Below, one piece after another: positions 47,085 through 55,496 of a stretch of DNA of 64,000 nucleotides. The first letter of the stretch is position 1, and every line of letters starts with the position of its first letter. Position numbers and translations under genes: made by a program. Source of the DNA: a virus; the IMG/VR virus record IMGVR_UViG_3300031452_000005. One strand, given 5' to 3'. The notes beneath the pieces were generated by a model, which searched no databases, was not told the origin of the DNA, and saw nothing but the letters and a program-made list of their open reading frames with translations.

Positions 47085-47137
47085 GCGGCAAGACGTTTGA
47101 CGCGCAGCCGTATGGCTATATGTAAGGGGAGAGAGTA

Positions 47138-47749
47138 ATGGCAGAACACGGCTCGAAACTTATCAGGACGCTCCGCGAAACGGCTTTATATCCTCCACAT
47201 CCGCCTCGTAAAGCGACGGCTTTGTACAACAAAAGCCACCATCGCCTTGTTGTGGAGTTAGATAGACCTTGCCTTGTTTGCGGCGTGCGCAACAGCGACT
47301 TGCAAGACCCAGCGCGTCGCAATGACTCCAAGATCAATCCTTGGGGAGCGAAACAATTAGAGTCGCACCACAGAATTGTGGAGGATTCGCTAGCGAACGC
47401 TATTGATGTCGCCAAGTTCAACAAGCATATCGTGCCTGGTCTACTCAAACACACAGGCGACGAGGCAAAGTTCGGGCATGACTTTACGCAAGATGAGATG
47501 GTCGCATTTATACACGGCGATGAACTCAATTTATGGATACTTTGCGACGTGCATCATAGACATAGCGCAGTAGGTATTCATAGTATAACTTATAGTGTAT
47601 GGTCCGTGCAGCATCTTCTGCTTGACAACTACGACTTGACAGGGTACACGCCACCCACGCCACAAGAAGCCGCGCAGATTGCGGCGCTACCAACCACTCA
47701 GGGTGTGGCAGTGCCAGTGCCAACAGTCCCATCAGACGACATGCCCTAG
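47138..47749 (+). CDS. HNH-fold zinc-binding phage protein
   Basis: CLVC...ESHH...NLWILCDVHH...GIH pattern; GGGAGAG RBS. Confidence 0.6.
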   Translation: MAEHGSKLIRTLRETALYPPHPPRKATALYNKSHHRLVVELDRPCLVCGVRNSDLQDPARRNDSKINPWGAKQLESHHRIVEDSLANAIDVAKFNKHIVPGLLKHTGDEAKFGHDFTQDEMVAFIHGDELNLWILCDVHHRHSAVGIHSITYSVWSVQHLLLDNYDLTGYTPPTPQEAAQIAALPTTQGVAVPVPTVPSDDMP

Positions 47750-47760
47750 AGTACGCGACG

Positions 47761-49050
47761 CTATTTGACGCGTGCGTAAGTCTTGCCAGCAGCAATCGCG
47801 TATGAGGCCGAACGAGATAACCCGTAGCAAACCCCTACCTCATCCGCTTTCTCGCCATTTGCACAGCGACTTCTAAAGTCACGCACTTGATCCGCTGTCA
47901 ATTTTGCGATAGGTCGTCTATCGCTTTCTCTTGCAATACCCATGTTTTCACAAGGGGGCAAGTGGTTCCATGTTTTACTAGTAACAATTAGGCGGATATT
48001 GTTGCGATGAACGTTATACTGGCTAGCAAGCGATTCAGTTGACGCCCCTGCATCATATTCCGTCCTAATGCTAACCACCATCGCATCGGTTAATTTGGTG
48101 CTACCCCGCCGCAGAGCCGTACACGGTGGCTCGGCTACATGCTGCCACCATTCACCTGATATAGCTTTCTTAACGGTTCCTAAACTTACGCCGTAAAGAA
48201 TCGCCATTTCTGCTTTGCGAGTACCATTTCGATAAGCGGTTCGCATACTGCCGACTATTTCTTCAGTTAGCACCGCGTTGCCGTGGTCAACGCCTCGTGC
48301 TCGTTTGAGACTAGCACGTCCCCGACTGTACATGTCTTGGACATTATCCGCGTGCGTCCCACCGATAAGATGGTCAGGTCTGACGCATAGACCATTGTCG
48401 CATGTGTGCCGCGCAAGAATGTCAGGGGTTAAGGTTTTTACTTTCAAGAGCAGCGAAAAACGCTGGGCATATATCTGCCTTTTACGCCCATTATGCGTGA
48501 CGTGAAAAAGGCCGTAACGTCCCTCCGCAGTGCCGCCTTTCCATAGCCAACACCCCTCACTCTTTTCAACGTAAGACCAGAAGCGCGCTATTGTCTGCTC
48601 CAAGCTATACACCTTGTCTAGGCAAAGCAGTGAGTCAGATGGTTGGTGCATACGTATTTGGCCATTACCAGCGGCAATGGCAATTCGATTGGTCAGTTTA
48701 CAACCTTGTTCATGGTGGGCAATGATCTGTAAATGCTCGCGCTCAAACGATAAGGCAGCGGTGGTTTCTTCTAGAATCCGCACTCCTGGCAGCGCCCCAA
48801 TAGCAAGGACTTCTCCGAGCCATCGGTTTTTAGGCGTATTACGCTTTAATGAGCTGCGCCCTACGTGAGACCTTAGACGGGAATCGGGATTATTGGCGCG
48901 CCCGATATAGCGCACCTCATCGGTGCGAGGGTCGGTAAGTGCATAGATATAGTAGACATCGCTAGTTCGCACTCGTTGACGCGCGCGCTGCTGACGGGGT
49001 AGCAAAGATACAGGAGGAAATGCTAATTGGGTAGACTGAGAGTAAGCCAT
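47761..49050 (-). CDS. hybrid GIY-YIG + HNH endonuclease with C-terminal HTH repeats
   Basis: YYIYALTD...RYIGR...RLRSH...FERE...LTN then CWLW..RYG...RHTCDNGLCVRPDHLIGGTHADN then three (K/V)LT.. HTH repeats. Confidence 0.85.
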   Translation of the reverse strand: MAYSQSTQLAFPPVSLLPRQQRARQRVRTSDVYYIYALTDPRTDEVRYIGRANNPDSRLRSHVGRSSLKRNTPKNRWLGEVLAIGALPGVRILEETTAALSFEREHLQIIAHHEQGCKLTNRIAIAAGNGQIRMHQPSDSLLCLDKVYSLEQTIARFWSYVEKSEGCWLWKGGTAEGRYGLFHVTHNGRKRQIYAQRFSLLLKVKTLTPDILARHTCDNGLCVRPDHLIGGTHADNVQDMYSRGRASLKRARGVDHGNAVLTEEIVGSMRTAYRNGTRKAEMAILYGVSLGTVKKAISGEWWQHVAEPPCTALRRGSTKLTDAMVVSIRTEYDAGASTESLASQYNVHRNNIRLIVTSKTWNHLPPCENMGIARESDRRPIAKLTADQVRDFRSRCANGEKADEVGVCYGLSRSASYAIAAGKTYARVK

Positions 49051-49255
49051 AGCGGAACTCAACCTTTCGCTTGTGGTCTAGGCGCTGTCTGGAACTTCGA
49101 CCTTCCGGCCAGCGCCGCTTGTATTTATACGCCCTCGCGTCGTATCCATTGGGGCATTTGTCCCGCTTGCACGGGGTTTATAGCATCCCGCTTAGACCAA
49201 CCCGCCCCGAAAAACGGCGGGTAGAGGAATCGAACCTCTGTCTCAAGGGCCACCC
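49051..49255 (-). ncRNA. structured 5' leader RNA of the hybrid endonuclease, with tRNA-like T-arm
   Basis: AGAGG-TTCGATT-CCTCT stacked on 7-bp ACCCGCC/GGCGGGT; long-range TGGTCTA/TAGACCA; GCAA, GCGA, GGAA loops; hairpin over RBS. Confidence 0.5.
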
Positions 49256-49317
49256 TAATTATACCATTTTCGCCCCTCCCCACGCCTATTTCACCGCCTA
49301 CCAAGGATGCTTCTCGC

Positions 49318-49554
49318 ATGGACCTACGCGAAGAATTAGCCGCACTAGAGCACGACCAGTGGGCGCTATGGGCCGCTGACATCGCCAAGACCGAGGCCAT
49401 TACGCCCGCACGCCTAGCGCGCTGGCAGCGTCTCATCGCGTTGCCCTACGCGGACCTGACCGAGGCTGAGAAAGACCAGGACCGCGAATGGGCTGACAAG
49501 GTGCTGGACCTCGTGCAAGAAAGGTCGCTGGATGGACCAACATCTCAAAGGTGA
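49318..49554 (+). CDS. small RyR-domain-like phage protein
   Basis: LAALEHDQW...RW...PYADLTEAEKDQDREWA motif. Confidence 0.6.
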   Translation: MDLREELAALEHDQWALWAADIAKTEAITPARLARWQRLIALPYADLTEAEKDQDREWADKVLDLVQERSLDGPTSQR

Positions 49555-49630
49555 AGCCATTGCCCTCATTGCGTGGCTTGCCACAATGGGCGTTGCTCTT
49601 GCCCTGCACCTCGCTAATTTGTTTTACTAG
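49532..49630 (+). CDS. small hydrophobic peptide (32 aa)
   Basis: Read manually: MDQHLKGEAIALIAWLATMGVALALHLANLFY*. Confidence 0.4.
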   Translation: MDQHLKGEAIALIAWLATMGVALALHLANLFY

Positions 49631-49644
49631 CGTTAGGATTCCCC

Positions 49645-50064
49645 ATGCTCTACGATCACACTCACGCCCCTATCTTCGGGCCACCCCTCGACCCCAACAC
49701 GACCTACTCCGCTATCTACAGTGAGGGGAACGCGGACTGGCCCTATCGCCCCACCTATCGCCCCTCACCGTCATCCATTGAGCCGCTGCACCACATCGGT
49801 GACTATCCGTGGCCCACGCCACATCCCACCTACCCCTATCCGGCCATCCCGACGCCTCTCCAACCCCTGACCATCACCACGACGGCCAATGCCGCTCCCA
49901 CGCTCGCTGAGAGGCCGGAGGACACGCTAGCCCGCGCCTGCTACGAGATCGCCGCTGCCGCCGCACGGCTACAGGCGAGCGCCGACGCCTTGGGCCTTGA
50001 CCTCGACAGGGACGCTATCCGCAAGGCGATTTACAGGAAAATCGCGGACGCGTTGGGGGACTAA
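49645..50064 (+). CDS. hypothetical Pro-rich protein
   Basis: 139-aa ORF in tight operon. Confidence 0.5.
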   Translation: MLYDHTHAPIFGPPLDPNTTYSAIYSEGNADWPYRPTYRPSPSSIEPLHHIGDYPWPTPHPTYPYPAIPTPLQPLTITTTANAAPTLAERPEDTLARACYEIAAAAARLQASADALGLDLDRDAIRKAIYRKIADALGD

Positions 50065-50066
50065 CA

Positions 50067-50297
50067 ATGTCAGACGTTGGTTATAGCGGCACGCTGCATA
50101 TCACCCCTGAGCAGGCCGACCGTCTCACCGACTACTACAATACCCTCAACACCGAGCGTGGCTATCTCAAACGCGCGTATAACAAGCAAGCCGTGAAGGC
50201 GGTGGACACAGCGCTTGCCGCCATTGGTTTGTATTTCGCGCCAATGAGCACGGAGTATGAAGGATACTACCTCGCTGTCAAAGCGATGGGAGACTAG
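50067..50297 (+). CDS. hypothetical protein
   Basis: 76 aa; GGGGGA RBS. Confidence 0.55.
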   Translation: MSDVGYSGTLHITPEQADRLTDYYNTLNTERGYLKRAYNKQAVKAVDTALAAIGLYFAPMSTEYEGYYLAVKAMGD

Positions 50298-50361
50298 CAA
50301 TGTTCAGCGAAGGACTGTTTCTCGACGCTCTCTAGATGCCTAGCTCGCATCTAGAGGGTCT

Positions 50362-50688
50362 ATGGATACGGAATCGGATTCGCGTGCTTACGGCTATTGG
50401 CACGGCGGCGAACGTCGCTGGCCGGTACGCCATCATTCGGGCATCGGCATGGAACGAACATGCCACCCTAAATGGTGGAAGCCGCATCGCCCACAGCGCA
50501 AGAACTACATCAAGGCGTATTACTCTTCAACAGGCGAGTGGGATTGGGTTGATGGATGGTCGTCAACGAGGGCGCATCGTTTTGTCGTGCGCGTCGCCAA
50601 CCGCCGCTATCGTCACCGCTGCAAGCAGATGATCCGCACGGGCTACTATCACAATTTCCCCTACGTTAGTGTCGATTGGGTGTGGTGA
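50362..50688 (+). CDS. Arg/Trp/His-rich small basic protein
   Basis: RVANRRYRHRCKQMIR...W; RBS lies in hairpin 50330-50356. Confidence 0.6.
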   Translation: MDTESDSRAYGYWHGGERRWPVRHHSGIGMERTCHPKWWKPHRPQRKNYIKAYYSSTGEWDWVDGWSSTRAHRFVVRVANRRYRHRCKQMIRTGYYHNFPYVSVDWVW

Positions 50689-50691
50689 ATC

Positions 50692-51066
50692 ATGAGTAAT
50701 TGCACTAATGCTGAAACGATGCCAACACATCGCGTCTACATTCTCTGGCGTGCGGACCTCACGCCCACAGACCAGATCATCCAAGCGTCACATGCCGCTA
50801 TGGAGATGGCCTGGGTGTGCCCGCGCACCGAAGGGCTAGTCCACATTTGCTTGCTTGAAGTCCGCGACGACGATGCGCTACAACGTGCCGCGATGCGTTT
50901 ACGGCAAGCGGGCATCAGGGTGTATGCCTTTACCGAGCCGAGCGCGCATATTGTTGGCGATTATACCGCGCTGGCAACGGAACCTCTCAGCGAGGAACGA
51001 CGGCAACCATTGAAGAAATACAAGCTATGGGGCGTAGGGCGCGCGACTGATTCGGTGGAACCATGA
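50692..51066 (+). CDS. peptidyl-tRNA hydrolase 2 (Pth2)-like protein
   Basis: YILWRADLT..DQIIQASHAA...LLEV.D...L...F.EP....YTALATEP...LKKYKL. Confidence 0.7.
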   Translation: MSNCTNAETMPTHRVYILWRADLTPTDQIIQASHAAMEMAWVCPRTEGLVHICLLEVRDDDALQRAAMRLRQAGIRVYAFTEPSAHIVGDYTALATEPLSEERRQPLKKYKLWGVGRATDSVEP

Positions 51067-51398
51067 CCCAACGCGCCATCAAACCTATCGCACTCGCCGT
51101 CCTGGCCTGGACGGCGATCATGGCCGGCATCTGGCTAGGCCAGCGCATCGCGCAACGCCCCTGCCCCACGACGCCCCCACGCGTCATCACACGCATCGTG
51201 ACGCACATCATCTACGCGCCTATGCCTATGCCTACCGCTGGCCCTGTCGTTGTCACGGTGCGCCCTGGAACGCACCACACGCTTTGTGTGTATGTCAACG
51301 GCAAGGGACCGATAGACCCTATCGGCTTGCAAGACTGTTGGGGCGCTCCCGACAAGGAATACAAGGACGCCCATGGACATACAATCGACCCCTACTGA
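51063..51398 (+). CDS. membrane-anchored hypothetical protein
   Basis: N-terminal hydrophobic helix; ATGA overlap. Confidence 0.5.
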   Translation: MTQRAIKPIALAVLAWTAIMAGIWLGQRIAQRPCPTTPPRVITRIVTHIIYAPMPMPTAGPVVVTVRPGTHHTLCVYVNGKGPIDPIGLQDCWGAPDKEYKDAHGHTIDPY

Positions 51399-51984
51399 GT
51401 TGACGTTGTGGGTCGTTATATCGGCCAACACACAATGGCCGGGCGATCCTATCATCGGGGCCATGTCCCGCCGGTTGGGACATGCCGCCATCAAGCCGAC
51501 CGCGACACATGCGTTCCTCGTGTTGCGCGAACCAAGCGGCAACGTCTACGCCATCGAGGCTGTGCCCCATAAGGGCGTGCATCTGTTCACGATGGACGAG
51601 AAGCGCGGTCAGTGTCTCCGCTGGTATTGCGTGCCTGGGACTAACGAGCAGATACGGCGCATATGGGATGAGGCCGAGAGGCATCTGAACCGGCCCTATG
51701 ATTGGATAGGGCTTGTGCTCGTTTTGCTGTTCATGCTCCTGAAAAGGCCCAGTCTATTTTACATAAGACGCGCGGAGCTTTTCTGTAGCGCTCTGGTGGT
51801 CTGGACTCTTAAGGTAGCCGGGTTTGATGTGCTACCGGGCGTGCATATCGACAACGTAGACCCCGCCCGTTTGGACGGCGTTCTTGCTATCCGTGGGTGG
51901 GGATGCGACGCGCCCGATTGGTTTATCGCGCCGCAAGGCAACGATGTACGCCCTACTCCCGACCCCGACCACTCGCATCTCTAG
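51373..51984 (+). CDS. permuted papain-like (YaeF/YiiX, C92) amidase
   Basis: THAFLV...IEA....GV...A...LNRPYD...FCSALV: His precedes Cys as in permuted NlpC/P60. Confidence 0.75.
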   Translation: MDIQSTPTELTLWVVISANTQWPGDPIIGAMSRRLGHAAIKPTATHAFLVLREPSGNVYAIEAVPHKGVHLFTMDEKRGQCLRWYCVPGTNEQIRRIWDEAERHLNRPYDWIGLVLVLLFMLLKRPSLFYIRRAELFCSALVVWTLKVAGFDVLPGVHIDNVDPARLDGVLAIRGWGCDAPDWFIAPQGNDVRPTPDPDHSHL

Positions 51985-52054
51985 CCCGACGACAATGATA
52001 CACGCCTTCAGCGCCTTCGTGTAGCCATGACACTTACCACGGACGAGGTTCGCT

Positions 52055-53230
52055 ATGCTCCTCGAACCTTTCACGACTCGTGCCCTGCTGCTCGATGTCA
52101 GCCGTGGTGTGATGCCCACCCTGGACCAGTTCAAGGCGTTGATCGACCGATTAGTAGCGGCCAACATGACCGCGATTTGCCTCTACCTAGAGCCACAATC
52201 CTGGTCCAGTGAGGCATGGCCGGCGCTTGATCCCGACTACCCCACGCTAACGCCCAACACCCTCCGCGCTATCGACGCTTACTGTACGGCGCGTGGACTG
52301 ACGATCATCCCTGCCATTCAGTCGCTCGGGCACATGACCGCGCTTGTATCGCATCCCGATTGGTCACATCTCGCGTTGTCGGATGAGCGCTGGTCCATCA
52401 AGCCGTGCCCTGAAACCTACGACCTGTTGGGGCGCCTGTACGCCGATATACTAGCCTGTTATTCTGGCCCCTATGTCCACGCGTGTATGGATGAGCCGAC
52501 CGACCTGCTGCCGAGCGACCGCTACAGTCATGCGGTTGCCATGGGCTACCTGCCCCCGCTAGACTATCAGCCACGCACCATGCGCGGCACGGTCGCGGCC
52601 ATCGACCTCTACGCCCATCATCTGCATGCCATGCAGGCTATCGCCTATCAGCACGGCAAAAAGATGATCCTGTGGGATGACATCTTGGCACAACACCCCG
52701 CGCTTGTGTGCGACGTGCCGCGCTCCTCTATCGTCGCGTCGTGGTTCTATGCGCCACTCTCCGACGACGACGCCATCCACCTTTCAGCCCTGCATAGCAT
52801 CGGTATCGAGACGTGGGTCACCGCCTCTACGCACGGGCACGACACGCGCCTCTCCGTGGCCGAACGCTGCCAACGGGCGCGGGCGAATATCGACGCGCAG
52901 GTGTTGCTGGGCCGGACGCACGGCAGTACGGGCTTTTGTCTCGCGGCCTGGGGCGATGGTGGCTACAACCCTCTGGATGCGGCGCTAGACGCCGCGCTGG
53001 CGCATCTCATAACCGCGCATGTTCCTATCCCCCCGCTAGATCGTCAGACGCGCTACGCCGTCTACAGCGCGCTACAGCGCGTCTACGGTCGTGCCGTCCG
53101 CATCAGCGAAAGCACGATGGGCATGGAGATGGCGGAGCGCAAGACGCTCCACGCCGATAAAAGGCGCTACGTGCCGATGGATGCTCTCGCGGCCATCACA
53201 GGGACCTGCCAGGAAGCCCACCGCCTTTAG
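52055..53230 (+). CDS. GH20 beta-N-acetylhexosaminidase-like protein
   Basis: RALLLDVSR, IIPAIQSLGHM, HACMDE (catalytic DE), MILWDD. Confidence 0.8.
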   Translation: MLLEPFTTRALLLDVSRGVMPTLDQFKALIDRLVAANMTAICLYLEPQSWSSEAWPALDPDYPTLTPNTLRAIDAYCTARGLTIIPAIQSLGHMTALVSHPDWSHLALSDERWSIKPCPETYDLLGRLYADILACYSGPYVHACMDEPTDLLPSDRYSHAVAMGYLPPLDYQPRTMRGTVAAIDLYAHHLHAMQAIAYQHGKKMILWDDILAQHPALVCDVPRSSIVASWFYAPLSDDDAIHLSALHSIGIETWVTASTHGHDTRLSVAERCQRARANIDAQVLLGRTHGSTGFCLAAWGDGGYNPLDAALDAALAHLITAHVPIPPLDRQTRYAVYSALQRVYGRAVRISESTMGMEMAERKTLHADKRRYVPMDALAAITGTCQEAHRL

Positions 53231-53265
53231 CCGTGGGTACATCACCAACTGAGGCCGGCATCGTT

Positions 53266-53475
53266 ATGACCCAGGCCCAACACCGCGCCCGCGCCCTCAT
53301 CGTCGCCCTCGTGCTCCTCGTCCTCCTGGCGTTAGCCTACGCCGCCTGGAATGACTGGGAACGTGGCGGGGCGGGCATCAATGGTTGCTGGACGGTAGGC
53401 CCGGTCGGCGGGTGCCTCTGGACGATCAACCCACATCAACAAGCCACGGCGACGTATGGCCACGAGCACTACTGA
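53266..53475 (+). CDS. small membrane protein
   Basis: ALIVALVLLVLLALAYAAW helix; CxxxxxxxxC. Confidence 0.5.
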   Translation: MTQAQHRARALIVALVLLVLLALAYAAWNDWERGGAGINGCWTVGPVGGCLWTINPHQQATATYGHEHY

Positions 53476-53508
53476 AAACGCCCACCCCCAACGGAAAGGT
53501 AAACCCAC

Positions 53509-54432
53509 ATGCTCATCGTCTTAGACATCTCCAATCTGCAAGGGCCTAATGTTGACTTCAAGCTACTTAAAGCTAATGGGGTTTCAGGCATCCTGGCGAA
53601 AGCGGTGGAAGGCACCGGCTATCGAGACCCAACATTTTACAATAACTGGATGCGGGCGAAAGATGCGGGCCTGCTCGTGGGCGCGTACGGCTTCTCTCGT
53701 CAGGACCTGGGGCTACGCGCCGAAGATGAAGCCTACTACCTGCTCGAAAACCTCCCGCCGCTCGACACATCAGATAGCGTCTGGCAGGACCTCGAAGTAG
53801 GGAACGGCGACCTGACCGACTACGCCCTGACCTACGCCGACTACATCACGCGTCACATCGGTTTCTTCAGTGGCGTCTATTCCTACCCATGGTTCATCGC
53901 CAACCACCTACAGGGCGCCGCACTCGCCAACCTCAATCTCTGGCTAGCGTCCTACCAGGCGCTCTACGACAGCCAGGGCAATGTGCAATGGCCGCCGTGC
54001 CCGGTGCCCTGGCGCGAATATGTAATTTGGCAGCAGACGAGCAACGCGCGCTACCCGTCCATTCCTGATGTCGTTGATTTGTCCGTGATTCAACGCGACC
54101 TCGCGGGCCTCATGGCGCTCGGCAAGCCCGCGCCCATCGCGACCCCGCCCGTCGTCGTGCCTCCCGTTACCGTGCCTCCCGTGACGCCGCCGGTGACGCA
54201 AACGCCTATCACGCCTCCCCCCGGCAGGGTCAATCACTACGCGATCAAGGGATGTGCCTTGAAGCCGGCGCCCGACCACGGGAGCCGCGCGCTCGTCATG
54301 CTCGCGCCCGGCGCGCGCATCCAAGTCAGTGACCAGACAAAGATAGCCAACGGTGAGAAGTGGTCGTTCGTAGGCTACGGCGCCCATGGGACCTACTACA
54401 CCGGGTATTTGTTGACGACCAACATTCGCTAG
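53509..54432 (+). CDS. endolysin: GH25 muramidase + Pro linker + SH3b-like domain
   Basis: LDISNLQG, AKAVEG, GAYGF, DLE, LWLASY, IWQQT, VDLS. Confidence 0.92.
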   Translation: MLIVLDISNLQGPNVDFKLLKANGVSGILAKAVEGTGYRDPTFYNNWMRAKDAGLLVGAYGFSRQDLGLRAEDEAYYLLENLPPLDTSDSVWQDLEVGNGDLTDYALTYADYITRHIGFFSGVYSYPWFIANHLQGAALANLNLWLASYQALYDSQGNVQWPPCPVPWREYVIWQQTSNARYPSIPDVVDLSVIQRDLAGLMALGKPAPIATPPVVVPPVTVPPVTPPVTQTPITPPPGRVNHYAIKGCALKPAPDHGSRALVMLAPGARIQVSDQTKIANGEKWSFVGYGAHGTYYTGYLLTTNIR

Positions 54433-54497
54433 CGAGAGAGGAACACGACCATGCCCCTCCGACCCCTGATCGCGCCTGGCGCCCTGGAGGCAATCAC

Positions 54498-54740
54498 ATG
54501 ACCACGCAGACCTACGACGACCCCAGCGATGCCTACGCCGACCCGCACTTCGATGCCGTCTTGACTATCCTTGCCACTGCGGCTGACGCGTTCGGACGAA
54601 CGTCTAGCGTGGCCGATGCGCTTGACCGTGCCAATATGCAACAGGGTGTTACCACAAGCGCCGCCGTCGCTATCGTGCGCCTCTACGCGCGCAAGGGCAC
54701 ACCACGACCAACGTCACCAGCTATAGCGCAAGAAGGGTAG
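54498..54740 (+). CDS. hypothetical protein
   Basis: GGAGG RBS before ATG 54498. Confidence 0.5.
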   Translation: MTTQTYDDPSDAYADPHFDAVLTILATAADAFGRTSSVADALDRANMQQGVTTSAAVAIVRLYARKGTPRPTSPAIAQEG

Positions 54741-54773
54741 ACATGGCAAGCGTTTCTATCGTCAATCTCTGGG

Positions 54774-55397
54774 TTAAATGTGTGTCCAATTGCAACGCCT
54801 TACGATGAGACCAATCATACCCCTAGATACCCCGTATTCAAGAGACAATGACACGTAAGAATGACCATCTTCTGCATATTTGCGTCTAATATCACGCACC
54901 TGATCCTCCGTAAGAACGGCCATGGGGTGTCGGGAACCACGAATGATCCACTCTGGGTGCAGGATTAAGGGATGATTGGCGCCGCGATGGATGTTGTTGT
55001 TAGGTTGTTTCGAGTGATGGCGATCACCATGAGCCAGTCGTCCTTTAAGATTTGCATCGCGCGTATTGTCAGCATGCGTCCCTAAAAATAAATGTGATGG
55101 ACGTACACATAGGCGGTTGTCGCAATGGTGACACACAAGCAAGTCTTGAGGCAATGCGCCGTACTCAAGCAAAAACGCTACGCGGTGTGCTGGCAATGGA
55201 CGATCTTTCATCCTAACGCCTTGTGCGTCAGATACATAGAACTGAACGCCGACCATTCCATATCCTTCGGGCCTGCGACTTGCTGTCCAAAGCCAACAGC
55301 CGTCAGTTTTCTTGACTTTGGCCCAGAAACGCACGCGTAACCGATCAGGATGTAAAACGTCGTTAATCGTAAAAGCATCACAGTGTAAGATGGACAT
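54774..55397 (-). CDS. HNH homing endonuclease (I-HmuI-like, HNH_3)
   Basis: [14 protein letters not shown]...GYG...AHRVAF...[24 protein letters not shown]; related to 2085..2639. Confidence 0.9.
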   Translation of the reverse strand: MSILHCDAFTINDVLHPDRLRVRFWAKVKKTDGCWLWTASRRPEGYGMVGVQFYVSDAQGVRMKDRPLPAHRVAFLLEYGALPQDLLVCHHCDNRLCVRPSHLFLGTHADNTRDANLKGRLAHGDRHHSKQPNNNIHRGANHPLILHPEWIIRGSRHPMAVLTEDQVRDIRRKYAEDGHSYVSLSLEYGVSRGMIGLIVRRCNWTHI

Positions 55398-55496
55398 GTC
55401 GGCACCTCCTCAGGGTGTTGACCATGCTCCCGGCTGTTCTAGCAGTGCGGGAGCTTTTTATTGCCTATAAACATTATACCATGAAATGGGGTAGAA

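Noticed and set aside
49200-49255. Complete tRNA or two-piece tmRNA gene
   Set aside because: No anticodon arm, no CCA, no G3.U70 pair and no tag reading frame; kept only as a tRNA-like element
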